From: Arenicellales bacterium
GTDB taxonomy: Bacteria; Pseudomonadota; Gammaproteobacteria; Arenicellales; Poriferihabitantaceae
Direction: 5' to 3'
Assembly: GCA_965116595.1 (NCBI GenBank)
Contig: OZ220708.1
Coordinates: 1,078,875 to 1,142,874, forward strand
DNA: 64,000 nt
Shown here: positions 1 through 10,800 of the stretch, piece after piece
How the letters are laid out: each line of letters starts with the position of its first letter
Numbering within the stretch: position 1 is the stretch's first letter
Notes under the pieces: generated by a model
Told to the model about the DNA's origin: nothing
Databases searched by the model: none
What the model saw: only the letters and a program-made list of their open reading frames with translations
Position numbers and translations under genes: made by a program

Positions 1-678
1 GGATACCGGCACTTTTTGTGCCAGGGTAAGTTGTGTATCACCCGTTCCCGGCGGCATGTCCACGATCAGATAATCAAGATCATCCCATTGAGTATCGTTA
101 AGAAGCTGTTCCAGCGCCTGGGTGACCATTGGCCCCCGCCAGATCATCGGTGATTCCTCATCGACCAGAAAACCAATTGACATCGCCTGCAAATGATAGC
201 TGTTCATCGGTTCCAGGGTCTTGCCGTCCTTTGAGGTCGGCTGCCCGCTCACACCCAGCATCCTGGGCTGACTCGGGCCATAAATATCCGCATCCAGAAT
301 GCCCACCCTTGCCCCTTCTCCAGACAATGCGAGGGCAAGATTGACAGATACGGTGGATTTTCCGACTCCCCCCTTACCGGAAGCCACTGCAATGATATTT
401 TTCACATTCCTTAATGGCTTGACTCCTTCCTGCACCTCGTGGGAAACCATGTTCGAACGGACTGTCACTGTCGCTTCGGGCACTACCGCTTCGATGAGTT
501 TTTGCAGTTCCGGCTCCCAGCTTTTTGCCGGATAGCCTAAAACGATGTGAATTTCCAGATCATCCCCGTTGATTTCGATTCGATTGACCGACTTGCCTGA
601 AACCAGGCCCTTGCCGGTATGAGGGTCAATCACCCCTTCGAGAAGTGCTTCAACCGACTCCTTACTCATTGCTGTCAT
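1..678 (-). CDS. apbC: Mrp/ApbC-type Fe-S cluster carrier ATPase. The N-terminal ~226 codons are in the window; the 3' end runs off the left edge.
   Basis: My reverse-strand translation from ATG 678 (alternative 669) reads [26 protein letters not shown]...[26 protein letters not shown]...[11 protein letters not shown]...[11 protein letters not shown]. It has the deviant Walker [10 protein letters not shown]. It is divergent from metG, as is common. It is absent from the ORF track because it has no stop codon in the window. Confidence 0.85.
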   Translation of the reverse strand, partial: MTAMSKESVEALLEGVIDPHTGKGLVSGKSVNRIEINGDDLEIHIVLGYPAKSWEPELQKLIEAVVPEATVTVRSNMVSHEVQEGVKPLRNVKNIIAVASGKGGVGKSTVSVNLALALSGEGARVGILDADIYGPSQPRMLGVSGQPTSKDGKTLEPMNSYHLQAMSIGFLVDEESPMIWRGPMVTQALEQLLNDTQWDDLDYLIVDMPPGTGDTQLTLAQKVPVS

Positions 679-809
679 AGCGCTGTAACCTGTTTGGGGG
701 AAAAGATGGTGTTTAAATCCAACCGTTCAAGGGTGACATCAAATATAATACATTGTATCTCAATACGATCATCGACTGACGCAATTTTTTCTGATCCTTA
801 AGGTTTCCC

Positions 810-2834
810 ATGATATCCCAAGAGAATCATCGCACAAGAAAGATAATGATTACCTGTGCATTACCGTATGCCAATGGGAAGGTCCATCTGGGTCACCTCC
901 TGGAACATATTCAGGCGGATATCCAGGCTCGATTCCAGCGCATGCGTGGCAATTGCTGCTACTTTATTTGCGCAGATGATGCCCATGGCACACCGATCAT
1001 GTTGAAAGCGGAAGAGGAAGGGATTTCTCCCAAACAACTGATTGATCGGGTCCTGGTCGAACATAAGCGTGATTTCGATGATTTTCTGATTTCATTTGAT
1101 AACTACTACACCACCCATTCCCCGGAAAACCGGTTTTACGCTGAATTGATTTACAGCCGGTTGAATGAAAACGGACATATCAATCGAAGAACCATCAAGC
1201 AGCTTTATGATCCGGAAAGGAAAATGTTCCTGCCCGACCGATTCGTCAAGGGAACCTGCCCTGTATGCCGTGCGGAAAATCAATATGGTGATAATTGCGA
1301 AGCATGCGGCAGTACCTATTCTTCCTCGGAGTTGATCAATCCTGTCTCTGCCGTGTCCGGCGCCACGCCGCAGACGCGGGAATCCGAGCAACTGTTTTTC
1401 AAACTGGGTGATTTCAAGGACTTCATGACCGAATGGTTTGAACAGGGGCATACTCAAAAAGAGATCGCCAATAAACAAATGGAATTGTTCGCGCAGGAAT
1501 TGGTCGAATGGGATATTTCGCGCAACGCCCCGTACTGGGGTTTCGAAATACCGGGTGAGAAAGATAAGTATTTCTATGTCTGGCTGGATGCGCCTATTGG
1601 CTATCTGGCGAGTTTCAAAAACCTGTGTGATCGGGAAAACCTGGATTTTGATGAGTTCTTCCGCAAGGACAGTGAATGTGAACTGTATCATTACGTTGGC
1701 AAGGATGTTGCACGCTTTCATGCCCTGTTCTGGCCAGCCGAGCTCCATGGCGCCGGGTTTCGCACCCCCAGCGCAGTATGGGTGCATGGCTTTTTGACCG
1801 TCAATGGCCAGAAGATGTCGAAGTCCAGGGGAACGTTCATCATGGCTGAGACCTATATCAACCACCTGAGCCCCGAATATATTCGATACTACTTTGCCGG
1901 CAAGCTGGACAATACGATTGATGACATTGATCTCAATCTGACCGACTTCCAGACTCGGGTGAACTCGGACCTGGTCGGCAAGCTGGTCAATATCGCCAGC
2001 CGTTGCGCTGGCTTCATCACAAAGACGTTCGATGGAAAGCTGAGTGATGCCCTTGACGATGTAACCATGTTTGAGGAATTTGCCGAAGCCGGAGGAAAAA
2101 TCGCGGCATCTTATGAAAGTCGCCGTTACAGCCGTGCAATTCGTAATGTCATGGCTCTGGCTGATCGGGCCAACCAGTACATAGACGCTGCAAAACCCTG
2201 GGTTTTGGTGAAAAATGACGATACCCGCGGCCAGGTACAGTTAATCTGCACCCAGGGTCTGAATCTTTTCAGATTATTGATGATTTATCTGAAACCCGTA
2301 TTGCCGAAAACTGCCGGTAATGTGGAGTTGTTCCTGAATGTTCCACCATTAAAATGGGAAGATGCCGGGCAGCCGCTGCTGAACCATCGAATCAACAGAT
2401 TCAAACCCTTGTTGACCCGGATCGAAGACAAACAGATTGAAGCTATGGTTGAAGAAACCAGGGCAGAGCCAAAACTTTCCGGGCCGCTCACTGACATGCC
2501 TGTAGCCGATCAAATCAGCATCGATGATTTTTCCAGAGTAGATCTGCGAGTCGCGAGAATTGTGGACGCGAGCCATGTCGAGGGGGCGGAGAAACTGCTC
2601 CAGCTTACGCTCGACCTCGGCGGAAAGAACCGGAATATCTTTGCAGGGATCAAGTCCGCCTACCGGCCCGAAGACATCAAGGGAAGGTTAACCGTGGTGG
2701 TAGCCAATCTGGCGCCGAGAAAAATGAAATTCGGGACATCGGAAGGCATGGTGCTCTGCGCCGGTCCCGGCGGCAAAGACCTGTTTCTGCTCAGTCCCGA
2801 CGAAGGCGCCATACCCGGAATGCGTATAACCTGA
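810..2834 (+). CDS. metG: methionine--tRNA ligase
   Basis: 674 aa. It has [22 protein letters not shown] (HIGH-type motif), QKMSKSRG (KMSKS), a zinc knuckle [18 protein letters not shown], and a C-terminal tRNA-binding domain ([20 protein letters not shown]). Confidence 0.97.
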   Translation: MISQENHRTRKIMITCALPYANGKVHLGHLLEHIQADIQARFQRMRGNCCYFICADDAHGTPIMLKAEEEGISPKQLIDRVLVEHKRDFDDFLISFDNYYTTHSPENRFYAELIYSRLNENGHINRRTIKQLYDPERKMFLPDRFVKGTCPVCRAENQYGDNCEACGSTYSSSELINPVSAVSGATPQTRESEQLFFKLGDFKDFMTEWFEQGHTQKEIANKQMELFAQELVEWDISRNAPYWGFEIPGEKDKYFYVWLDAPIGYLASFKNLCDRENLDFDEFFRKDSECELYHYVGKDVARFHALFWPAELHGAGFRTPSAVWVHGFLTVNGQKMSKSRGTFIMAETYINHLSPEYIRYYFAGKLDNTIDDIDLNLTDFQTRVNSDLVGKLVNIASRCAGFITKTFDGKLSDALDDVTMFEEFAEAGGKIAASYESRRYSRAIRNVMALADRANQYIDAAKPWVLVKNDDTRGQVQLICTQGLNLFRLLMIYLKPVLPKTAGNVELFLNVPPLKWEDAGQPLLNHRINRFKPLLTRIEDKQIEAMVEETRAEPKLSGPLTDMPVADQISIDDFSRVDLRVARIVDASHVEGAEKLLQLTLDLGGKNRNIFAGIKSAYRPEDIKGRLTVVVANLAPRKMKFGTSEGMVLCAGPGGKDLFLLSPDEGAIPGMRIT

Positions 2835-2893
2835 TGACTGAAAATTGCACGAGTGGCCTGCCTGACCACGGACTGAATAGACGGACTGAATAG

Positions 2894-4375
2894 TCAGCGC
2901 ATCACGAAAGGATTTGCCATCGGCTGGCTTGATGTATTGATCCAGACTGTTTTTGTCCGGGTATAGTCCAGCACCGCCTCAATGCCTGCTTCGCGGCCAA
3001 ATCCACTGTGACCAAATCCTCCGAAAGGCGCAATAGGGGAAATTGCGCGATAGGTATTCACCCACAGGATTCCTGAGCGGATTTTCGAACTCACCCGATG
3101 GGCCCGCGCCAGATTTTCTGTGAAGACACCCGCCCCCAGTCCAAATTTTGTGTTGTTGGCCATGGCTATCCCTTCATCTTCATCCTTGAACCTGAGTGCG
3201 CTCAATACAGGACCGAACATTTCATGCTGGACGGTTTCAATTTTCTGATCAGGACAACCCAGGATAGTGGGTTCGTAATAAAATCCCTTGTCGAATGAGT
3301 CAGGTCGCCTGCCCCCATAATGCAGTTCGGCGCCTTGTTCGCAGGATTTACCTACTGCCGCGACAATACGATCCAATTGCGCCCTGGTTGCCAGAGGACC
3401 CATCTGGGTATCGTCCGCCAACGGGTCACCGATCCGGATCTGTTTCGCCCTCTCTACGACACGAGCAATGATTTCGTCGTGAATTCCTTCCTGTATGAAC
3501 ACCCGTGACCCGGCTACACAGCTTTGCCCGGAAGCGCCGAAATTGCCAGCGATAATGCCATTCACCGCGCCTTCCGGGTCCGCGTCGTCAAACACTACGA
3601 TAGGGGATTTCCCGCCCAACTCCAACGAAACCAGGGCATAGTTGCGACTGGTATTTTCGATCACTCTCGAAGCCGTCCCCGGTCCGCCGGTGAAGGCCAC
3701 CTTGGCCACATCGGGGTGGCTGGTCAGGGCCCGGCCACAGGGTTCGCCATAGCCGGTAATGATATTGATCACCCCGGGCGGGAAACCTGCTTGATCGACA
3801 ATTTTTGCGAACTCGAACATCGGAGCGGGCGCATCTTCGGAAGCCTTCAAAACAACCGTATTACCCGCCGCCAGCGCAGGACCGAGTTTGGTTGCGGTCA
3901 AAAACATCTGTGCATTCCACGGTACCACTGCAGCGACTACACCGACCGGTTCACGCGTAGTAAAAACATGCATATCGGGCTTGTCAATCGGCAGCGTTGC
4001 GCCTTCGATCTTGTCGGCCATGCCAGCGAAATAGTGATAATAGTCACAGACATATCCTGTTTGACCCCTGGTTTCCTTGAGCAATTTTCCGCTGTCCCTG
4101 GTTTCAATATCGCCGAGATGATCCGCCTTACCCGCAACCAGGTCACCCAGCCTGTGCAGGATTCTCCCGCGGGCAGTCGGTGTCATGTTTGACCAGGGAC
4201 CGTCAAAGAGCGCGTGTTTAGCAGCATCGACCGCCCGGTTCACATCGTCTTGCGTAGCGGCGGGAGCCTGTGCCCAGGGTTCTTCATTGGACGGATTTGT
4301 CGAAATCAGAGTCCCTCCGTCTGAAGCATCACTCCATTCGCCATTAATATAATGCTGATATTTCTGCATGGTCAA
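2894..4375 (-). CDS. NAD(P)-dependent aldehyde dehydrogenase
   Basis: 493 aa. ALDH motifs LELGGKSPIVV and the catalytic-Cys region FGASGQSCVAGSR are present. Its start overlaps the upstream gene's stop by 4 nt. Confidence 0.93.
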   Translation of the reverse strand: MTMQKYQHYINGEWSDASDGGTLISTNPSNEEPWAQAPAATQDDVNRAVDAAKHALFDGPWSNMTPTARGRILHRLGDLVAGKADHLGDIETRDSGKLLKETRGQTGYVCDYYHYFAGMADKIEGATLPIDKPDMHVFTTREPVGVVAAVVPWNAQMFLTATKLGPALAAGNTVVLKASEDAPAPMFEFAKIVDQAGFPPGVINIITGYGEPCGRALTSHPDVAKVAFTGGPGTASRVIENTSRNYALVSLELGGKSPIVVFDDADPEGAVNGIIAGNFGASGQSCVAGSRVFIQEGIHDEIIARVVERAKQIRIGDPLADDTQMGPLATRAQLDRIVAAVGKSCEQGAELHYGGRRPDSFDKGFYYEPTILGCPDQKIETVQHEMFGPVLSALRFKDEDEGIAMANNTKFGLGAGVFTENLARAHRVSSKIRSGILWVNTYRAISPIAPFGGFGHSGFGREAGIEAVLDYTRTKTVWINTSSQPMANPFVMR

Positions 4376-5190
4376 TTTTCGCCTGTTTGATGTTTGTTGA
4401 GAAATGATAACACTTGAGTGGCCAGTAAATCGGCGTGCTCAACCGGCGCCATATGATAATGCCCGGGATTGATAATCAACTCCGGGTGAGACAGGTCAAA
4501 AGCCAGCGCCTGCGACATCTCGGGAGTGGACCCGGTCTCAGCCGAGCCTGTGATCACCAGGGCGGGGCGTTCAAACTGATTCAACGCATATCGCTTCATT
4601 TCAGCTTCCGCGTAACAAAAGAAATAATAGGCTTTCAGGTAGCCATCGTCATTGTGTTGCGAAAATATTCGACGGATGTCATCCATTATATCCGGATTGC
4701 GGTTACTGTATTCTTCGCTGAACCAGCGCTTGATCGCCAACTCGACCGTCGCCATCGGACCCTGATCCCGGGTAATCAGATAACGGCGTCTGACCGCCTC
4801 GCATTGCGCCTCGGTTCTCTGATATACACTATGCAAAAACACTGCATGGGTCAATCTGGAACCATACAACGATGCCACTGCCTGGGTAACCACGGCGCCG
4901 AGCGAAAACCCGATCAGCGCAAATTGGTCAATTCCAAGATAATCGACCAGATCCATGAGCTGATCGACAAAATCCCCGGCAGAACGAGGCCCGTCGGGAT
5001 TGACTGAATGACCATGTCCGAACAGGTCAAAAGTCAGCACATCATGGTCTTGCGATAAAAGCGGAATCCATGTCTGCCACATGTCCTGATTCAATCCTAC
5101 ACCATGTATCAGAACAATAACCGGTTTTTGCCTGTCTTGTCCGGTCAGCCTGTAGCAGGTTCCCCGGTGAAACTGTACCTCGGCGCTCAT
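4372..5190 (-). CDS. alpha/beta-fold hydrolase
   Basis: 272 aa. It has the oxyanion region VLIHGVG, the nucleophile elbow GFSLGA and a C-terminal His (GHYHMAPVEH). Confidence 0.85.
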   Translation of the reverse strand: MSAEVQFHRGTCYRLTGQDRQKPVIVLIHGVGLNQDMWQTWIPLLSQDHDVLTFDLFGHGHSVNPDGPRSAGDFVDQLMDLVDYLGIDQFALIGFSLGAVVTQAVASLYGSRLTHAVFLHSVYQRTEAQCEAVRRRYLITRDQGPMATVELAIKRWFSEEYSNRNPDIMDDIRRIFSQHNDDGYLKAYYFFCYAEAEMKRYALNQFERPALVITGSAETGSTPEMSQALAFDLSHPELIINPGHYHMAPVEHADLLATQVLSFLNKHQTGEN

Positions 5191-5207
5191 ATAACCTGAG
5201 CCTTCGA

Positions 5208-6248
5208 TCAGGTTGAAAATGCGGGCATGACCTGATCAATGAATAATTGCAGTGTTTTCTTTTTTTGTGCGTGATCCATGCCATTGTCCAGCCATATCGA
5301 AAATTCATCATAGCCGAGGGATTCATAAAACTTTAATCGTTCAATCACTTCATCAGGGGTTCCGATAATGAGATTCCTGCGCATGTTTTCCGGTGAAAAC
5401 ATTTCGATTTGGGCACGTTCCTCAGCGCTCACTGGCTCCATTGAGCCATTATTGACTTCACGATTATTCTTGAACCAGCCTCCGAAAGTGCAATACCATT
5501 TACTCAATTGTTCAGAGGCCAGGGTCAGGTCAGCCTCAGTTTCACCCACATGGATATGTCGTAATACCATGATTTGAGGTCTTGGAACATCCGGATTGTG
5601 TGCCAACGCCGTGTTGAACTTTGCCATCAGATTCTCTACTTCATGATCGCCCTGCCATAACGGCGTAACTTGCAGACTACAACCGTTGGCCACTGCAAAA
5701 TTGTGCGTGTCCGGGTCGCGCGCGGCAATCCAAAGCGGCGGATGGGGGGTCTGTACGGGTTTCGGGATCGAAGTCGTGGCAGGAAACTGCCAATGCTTTC
5801 CGTTATGAGCATAATCTCCCGCCCACATTGCCTGCAATGTCGGGATCATTTCCCGCAATTTCTCGCCAGCGGTCCAGGCATCAAGTCCCGGATGCAGTCG
5901 TTCGTATTCAAACTCGTAAGCGCCTCGGGACAGACAGATATCGAGACGGCCATGTGTAATGATGTCTACCATGGAACTTTCGCCCACCAGCTTGATTGGA
6001 TGCCAGAATGGAGCGACTACAGTGGCTGTACCCAGACGTACATTACGGGTTTTATTCGCCAGATCGCAAATCTGGGAAAACGGGTTTGGCGCAATCGTGA
6101 AATCCATACCATGGTGCTCACCAATCCAGATTGTACTGAAACCATTCTGGTCCGCCATCCGGCATAACTCGACGAAATTCGAGTACAACTTCTGATGGGA
6201 TGCAAGCTCATCTGTTCTTTCCATGTGAGCAAACAAGGAAATTTTCAT
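5208..6248 (-). CDS. LLM-class (luciferase-like) flavin-dependent monooxygenase
   Basis: 346 aa. The N-terminus MKISLFAHME...FSTIWIGEHHG is typical of the bacterial luciferase-like family. A flavin reductase gene lies immediately upstream. Confidence 0.85.
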   Translation of the reverse strand: MKISLFAHMERTDELASHQKLYSNFVELCRMADQNGFSTIWIGEHHGMDFTIAPNPFSQICDLANKTRNVRLGTATVVAPFWHPIKLVGESSMVDIITHGRLDICLSRGAYEFEYERLHPGLDAWTAGEKLREMIPTLQAMWAGDYAHNGKHWQFPATTSIPKPVQTPHPPLWIAARDPDTHNFAVANGCSLQVTPLWQGDHEVENLMAKFNTALAHNPDVPRPQIMVLRHIHVGETEADLTLASEQLSKWYCTFGGWFKNNREVNNGSMEPVSAEERAQIEMFSPENMRRNLIIGTPDEVIERLKFYESLGYDEFSIWLDNGMDHAQKKKTLQLFIDQVMPAFST

Positions 6249-6285
6249 CGTGTCATTGCTCCAGTATCAAGATTTTAACTATTGC

Positions 6286-7209
6286 CTATTCCGTGAGTGT
6301 CCTGACCGCACCATCACGGTGGCCGCCGAAATATACGCCATATCTACCACATTCGGATTCTGAAATATATCGTTGAAGCATGGTATGAGTAGCAGTGGAT
6401 TTGATACGGCGCCACGGAATTTCTTCGGGCGACCAGAAATCACTCCCTGATAATTCAGTGCTTGCCTTAGCGCGATAGTAAATGAACTGCTGCCCGGATT
6501 GTTCGTGCTCAAAGACCGCAAACAACGAACTGATACTGATCTCGATACCCAGGTTCGACAGGATTCTGTGCAGCTTGCTCAAAGACCCGGGTTCCCCACT
6601 CATCCCGCTTGCCGGAACAGTTAATTCTCCCGTCTCGGCATCGTTGATCAATAATAATTTGCCCTCATACTCGACAATTGCCCCGACAATCACATCTGCA
6701 CTTGCAGCAGCCGCCTTTAACGCGGATTGCTCCAGGCCCAGCCTGAGGTAACCGCCGCGCATATAACCCAGGCCGATCTTGTCGTTATAATCAAAACTCA
6801 AAATCTCGCCCAGAATTATGACATGGTCCCCGGCATCGATTACCTGACTACGCCGGCAATCGAACCAGGCACAGGACCCATTCAACAGAGGGTAACCGGT
6901 TAAGCTTTCAGTCCAGCCTGTAATATCAAATTTATCCGGCCGTTTCGAGGCAAACAGTCCCGATGTCTCGATCTGTTCCTCGGCCAGTATGTTGACAGCA
7001 AACCCCGGGGATTCCGTAAACACCCTGAAACTTTCGGCGGTTTTGTCTACGCACATCAACAATATGGGCGGATCCAGCGAAACTGAAGTAAAGGAATTGG
7101 CAGTAAATCCACGGGGAATGCCTCCTTTTTCCCGGGTCGTTACAACGGTCACTCCGGTCAGGAATGTGCCAAAGGCGTTTCTTAAATCAGTTAAGTCAGG
7201 CTTTCTCAA
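6286..7209 (-). CDS. flavin reductase domain protein with a C-terminal degenerate Nudix-like domain
   Basis: 307 aa. The N-terminal ~160 aa read FGTFLTGVTVVTT...GFTANSFTSVSLDPPILLMCV (flavin reductase/HpaC-like). The C-terminal ~130 aa have a Nudix-fold-like pattern (GAIVEYEGKLLLIND...VPASGMSGEPGSLSKLHRILSNLGI) but lack the REx2EE catalytic box. Confidence 0.8.
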   Translation of the reverse strand: MRKPDLTDLRNAFGTFLTGVTVVTTREKGGIPRGFTANSFTSVSLDPPILLMCVDKTAESFRVFTESPGFAVNILAEEQIETSGLFASKRPDKFDITGWTESLTGYPLLNGSCAWFDCRRSQVIDAGDHVIILGEILSFDYNDKIGLGYMRGGYLRLGLEQSALKAAAASADVIVGAIVEYEGKLLLINDAETGELTVPASGMSGEPGSLSKLHRILSNLGIEISISSLFAVFEHEQSGQQFIYYRAKASTELSGSDFWSPEEIPWRRIKSTATHTMLQRYISESECGRYGVYFGGHRDGAVRTLTE

Positions 7210-7375
7210 AATCCGCAGCCATTTATTATCGTCATCAAATAGTCAAACCGGGGTGTAATTCGATTGCGGGAATCACCCTGTCATATTCCAGGATTCAGGA
7301 CATATTCTAACCGATTTATAAATTATTAAACATTTGTGTGATATTCTCCCACCCGCATCCATCAAGGCATAGGAC

Positions 7376-7675
7376 ATGACAGAAGACAACCGCAAGGCGC
7401 GTGTCGTAATGGCGACAGACAGCGAATGGCAGATTATCGGCGAGCGGGCGGAGAAGGCCCGCATGTCAACTTCAGGCTTCATCGGTGACCGCGCCATCGC
7501 AGCCGCGCAAGGAGAGTCCGATGACAACCTGCCGACACCGATTTGGCGCAGGGTAGCGCGGGATGTGCTGCTCCTGTCCCGTGTCGAGGAGCTACGCTAT
7601 CAGGAAGCGGGTGAGACCGGGGCATGGGAGGAGATCGTCGCCGCAGCCGAAGCGCCCCTCACGCCTCCCTCGTAA
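7376..7675 (+). CDS. ribbon-helix-helix protein, MobC/CopG-like (orphan)
   Basis: 99 aa. The segment KARVVMATDSEWQIIGERAEKARMSTSGFIGDRAI follows the beta-strand/helix/helix pattern of MobC-type RHH proteins. No relaxase is nearby. Confidence 0.55.
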   Translation: MTEDNRKARVVMATDSEWQIIGERAEKARMSTSGFIGDRAIAAAQGESDDNLPTPIWRRVARDVLLLSRVEELRYQEAGETGAWEEIVAAAEAPLTPPS

Positions 7676-7790
7676 TCTGGTCTGATTACCAAGGAATTTC
7701 AATCATACAAGTGATTCCCACACCCGCTAACACGGACAGGCAGTGGCCTGAGGTGTACTGACTTTGGTGGACCGTTGTATTAAGCGTTGC

Positions 7791-7850
7791 GTAGGGGCGG
7801 GTCCCCGTGCCCACCCGCCAACCTTGGATTCCCGCTTACGCGAGAATACC
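7791..7850. repeat. REP-like intergenic palindromic element, copy A
   Basis: It contains gtaggggcgggtccccgtgcccacccgcc followed by attcccgcttacgcgagaat, an imperfect ATTCCC-N8-GGGAAT palindrome. Related modules recur at 23120-23233 and 51118-51150. Confidence 0.5.
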
Positions 7851-7860
7851 CCCAACCGGC

Positions 7861-10800
7861 TCACCACAGCAACCGCAGTCCCAGTCCGGCGCCCAGGTCC
7901 GTCTCCTCCCCGACCGGTTGATCCATACCCAAATACAGGTCCAGTTGCAGATCAACCACCGACTCGTTACTCCGCCCCGAAGATACCCGGTAACCAAACC
8001 GCACTTTCTCCGGATGATCGTCTCCGGCCAGCGTCAGATACGGACTCCCCACCCGTCCGCGCCCGTAGGTGTGCATTCCGTAAGCCGCCTGCGCCCGCCA
8101 TTGCCTTTGGGTGTCGTCGAAGTCCCGGTCATTCCAAAATCCCTCGTCAAACAGCAGGGACGACCCGACATCGCCGGCATCCAGTCCCAGGCTCGCGGAA
8201 AGCCCCAGGGCGCTGCCCGGCCTGGGGTCCCAGTCCACTGACACCGACAGGGATCGGTCTTGCAGTTCTTCCTGTGACCGCAGGGTCACTGTGCGCCCTT
8301 GCATCGAACCCCCAAGTCCACTCGGGTTCGACCAACGGATTCCGGCGCCAATCTCTACTCCCCGGCCTCTCTCGGCGTCCCCGCCGTCCCGACGCAGTCC
8401 AATCTCCAGAGACGGTCGCACGGTAGCGCCATTCCCCAATTCCTGTGTCTTGCTTCCTTCAATACCCAGTCGCGCACGGGTGACTCGTCCCGATGTAGAA
8501 CCAATTCCACCAACCGGGTCGGACTGCGTCCGGGTGCGGCGGACGTCTCCGTTCAGGGAGAATTCGACTCCGTCCAGAAACAGCCCTTGCTCGGTCAACC
8601 GCTCACTATCGAGGTTACGCCGGAATCCCGCCGCCAGCATCCGCCAGGCCGTGTCGGTAGTAGTTGATTGATCCGCGCTTTGAATCTCCATATCACCCCG
8701 GCCCCAACCCAGGGCGCCCCACAGCCGAAGGTCTTGCGACAGTTCCATGGAGCCATACGGAACCAGAGTCGTCAGACTGTGTTCGACTTGTCCCCGGTCT
8801 TTCGCCACCAGCCAGTCATCCTCGCCGAGATTGCGGGACAATAAAGCGCCCGCTAGCCAGGGTTGACCTCCCGACAATCGTCCGCTCATATCGTGACCCA
8901 GAAATACGCTGGTCACTTCCCCGTCTACTCGAATCCCGTCTTCTTCGCCTTGATAATTACCCAGGGCGCCGTTCCCCCAGAAACCCGCCAGATGGCCGGT
9001 TCGGGCACGACTCGACAGGGTGAATGCCGCTCCTTGCAGCAGGTCCGAGCGCGTGACTTCAAGACCTTCGGCGCCGACCCGGCCCAAGGATTCTACCCGC
9101 CCAAGAACGCCATCCAGAACCTGGCCGGTTACGGTACGGCCAAAACGCAACAGGGATACCGAGGACGATGTCGTCGCCATCGGTTCGATTGGCTTTGCGG
9201 GCTCTGGTTCGGGTTCGGGTTGTGGTCGCGTTCCCGAATCGTTGTCAGTGACGGTCAATGTGTGTTCGATGTTTGCGCTCTGGTTCAGCGTGTAGCCTTC
9301 ACCATCGACCAGGGTCAGGATTACAGTCTCGTCTGACTCGGCTTCTTCATCGTCGGTCAGGGTGACCGGGATGACCACGCGGCTCTGCCCGGCTGCAACC
9401 ATCACCGAACCGATGCGCGGGAGGATCTGGAAGTCCGCGTCTGTACCCATCGAGGCGGTGCCCGCTACGGTGTAGCGGAGTGTCACGGCATCAGTGGGCG
9501 CCGGAGTCAGCAGAATCTCGACTTCAACCTGGCCATCATCTTCGGTAACCCGGTGCGACACGGAGCCGAACGAGACTTGTGGAACCTGCGGGTCGGTCGG
9601 GTCAGTCGTCGGGCCGGTCGGACCGGTCGTAGTCGTGTCGTCATCATCATTGATCGTCACGGTGGCCGAGGACGGGCTGCCTTTGGTGATTCCGAGCGGT
9701 ACAGTCCCGATAGCGATGTTGAATGTCTCGTTGTCCTCGTCTTCGTTGTCTTCGGTAGTCGGAATGTTGAAGGTGGCAAAGCCGGTATCGGCCGGAATGG
9801 TGACGCTGGTCTGACTGTTGTTGTAGTCGCTACTGCCCGCCGTGCCGTTGGTATAGGTAATCGGGAGGATCGTGGCGGTACTGCGCTGCGGATTGATGTT
9901 GACCCGGACTCTGATCTCGTCGCCTTCGTTTCCACTGTAGGCCGAACTGCCGAAACTCACGGTCGTGGCGGTCGTGCCATCATCATCATTGATCGTCACA
10001 GTGGCTGTGGACGGGCTGCCTTTGGTGATTCCGGACGGTACAGTCCCGATAGCGATGTTGAAGGTCTCGTTGTCCTCGTCTTCGTTGTCTCCGGTAGTCG
10101 GAATGTTGAATTCGGCAAAACCGGTATTGGCTGGAATCGTGACGCTGGACGGGCTTTTGCTGTAGTCGCCGTTGCCCGCCGTACCGTTGGTATAGGTGAT
10201 CGGGAGGATCGTGGGGGTACTGCGCTGCGGACTGATGTTGACCCGGACAGAAACCGGATCGCCTTCGTTTCCACTGTAGGCCAAACTGCCGAACCTCACG
10301 GTTGAATCGTCGTCATTGATCGTCACGGTGGCCGAGGACGGGCTGCCTTTGGTGATTCCGAACGGTACAGTCCCGATAGCAACAGTGAAGGTCTCGTTAG
10401 CCTCGTCGGCGTTGTCTTCGGTAGTCGGAATGTTGAAGGTGGCAAAACCGGTATTGGCCGGAATCGTGACACTGGACGGGCTTTTACTGTAGTCACCGTT
10501 ACTCGCCGTGCCGTTGGTGTAGGTGATCGGGAGGGTCGTGGCGGTATTGCGCGGTGGACTGATGTTGACCCGGACGCTGATGCCGTCGCCTTCGTCGCCA
10601 CTGTAGGTCGAACTGCTGAAATTCACGGTCGAAGTGGGTAGTGGGCCGTCATTGTCGGTGACGGTCACCGAAGCCGAGGAAGGGTTGCCTATCGTGTAGA
10701 GAGCGCCAGGTAGAACTTTTACCGTAATCGGTCCGTTCAGCTCGGCGGTGGAGTCGGCATCTGTTTGGACAAAAAATTGTGTTCTGGAGGTTCCACCCAG

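Noticed and set aside
1092-1865. A 257-aa ORF lies antisense to metG.
   Set aside because: It lies fully inside the well-supported metG frame and has no recognisable motifs.
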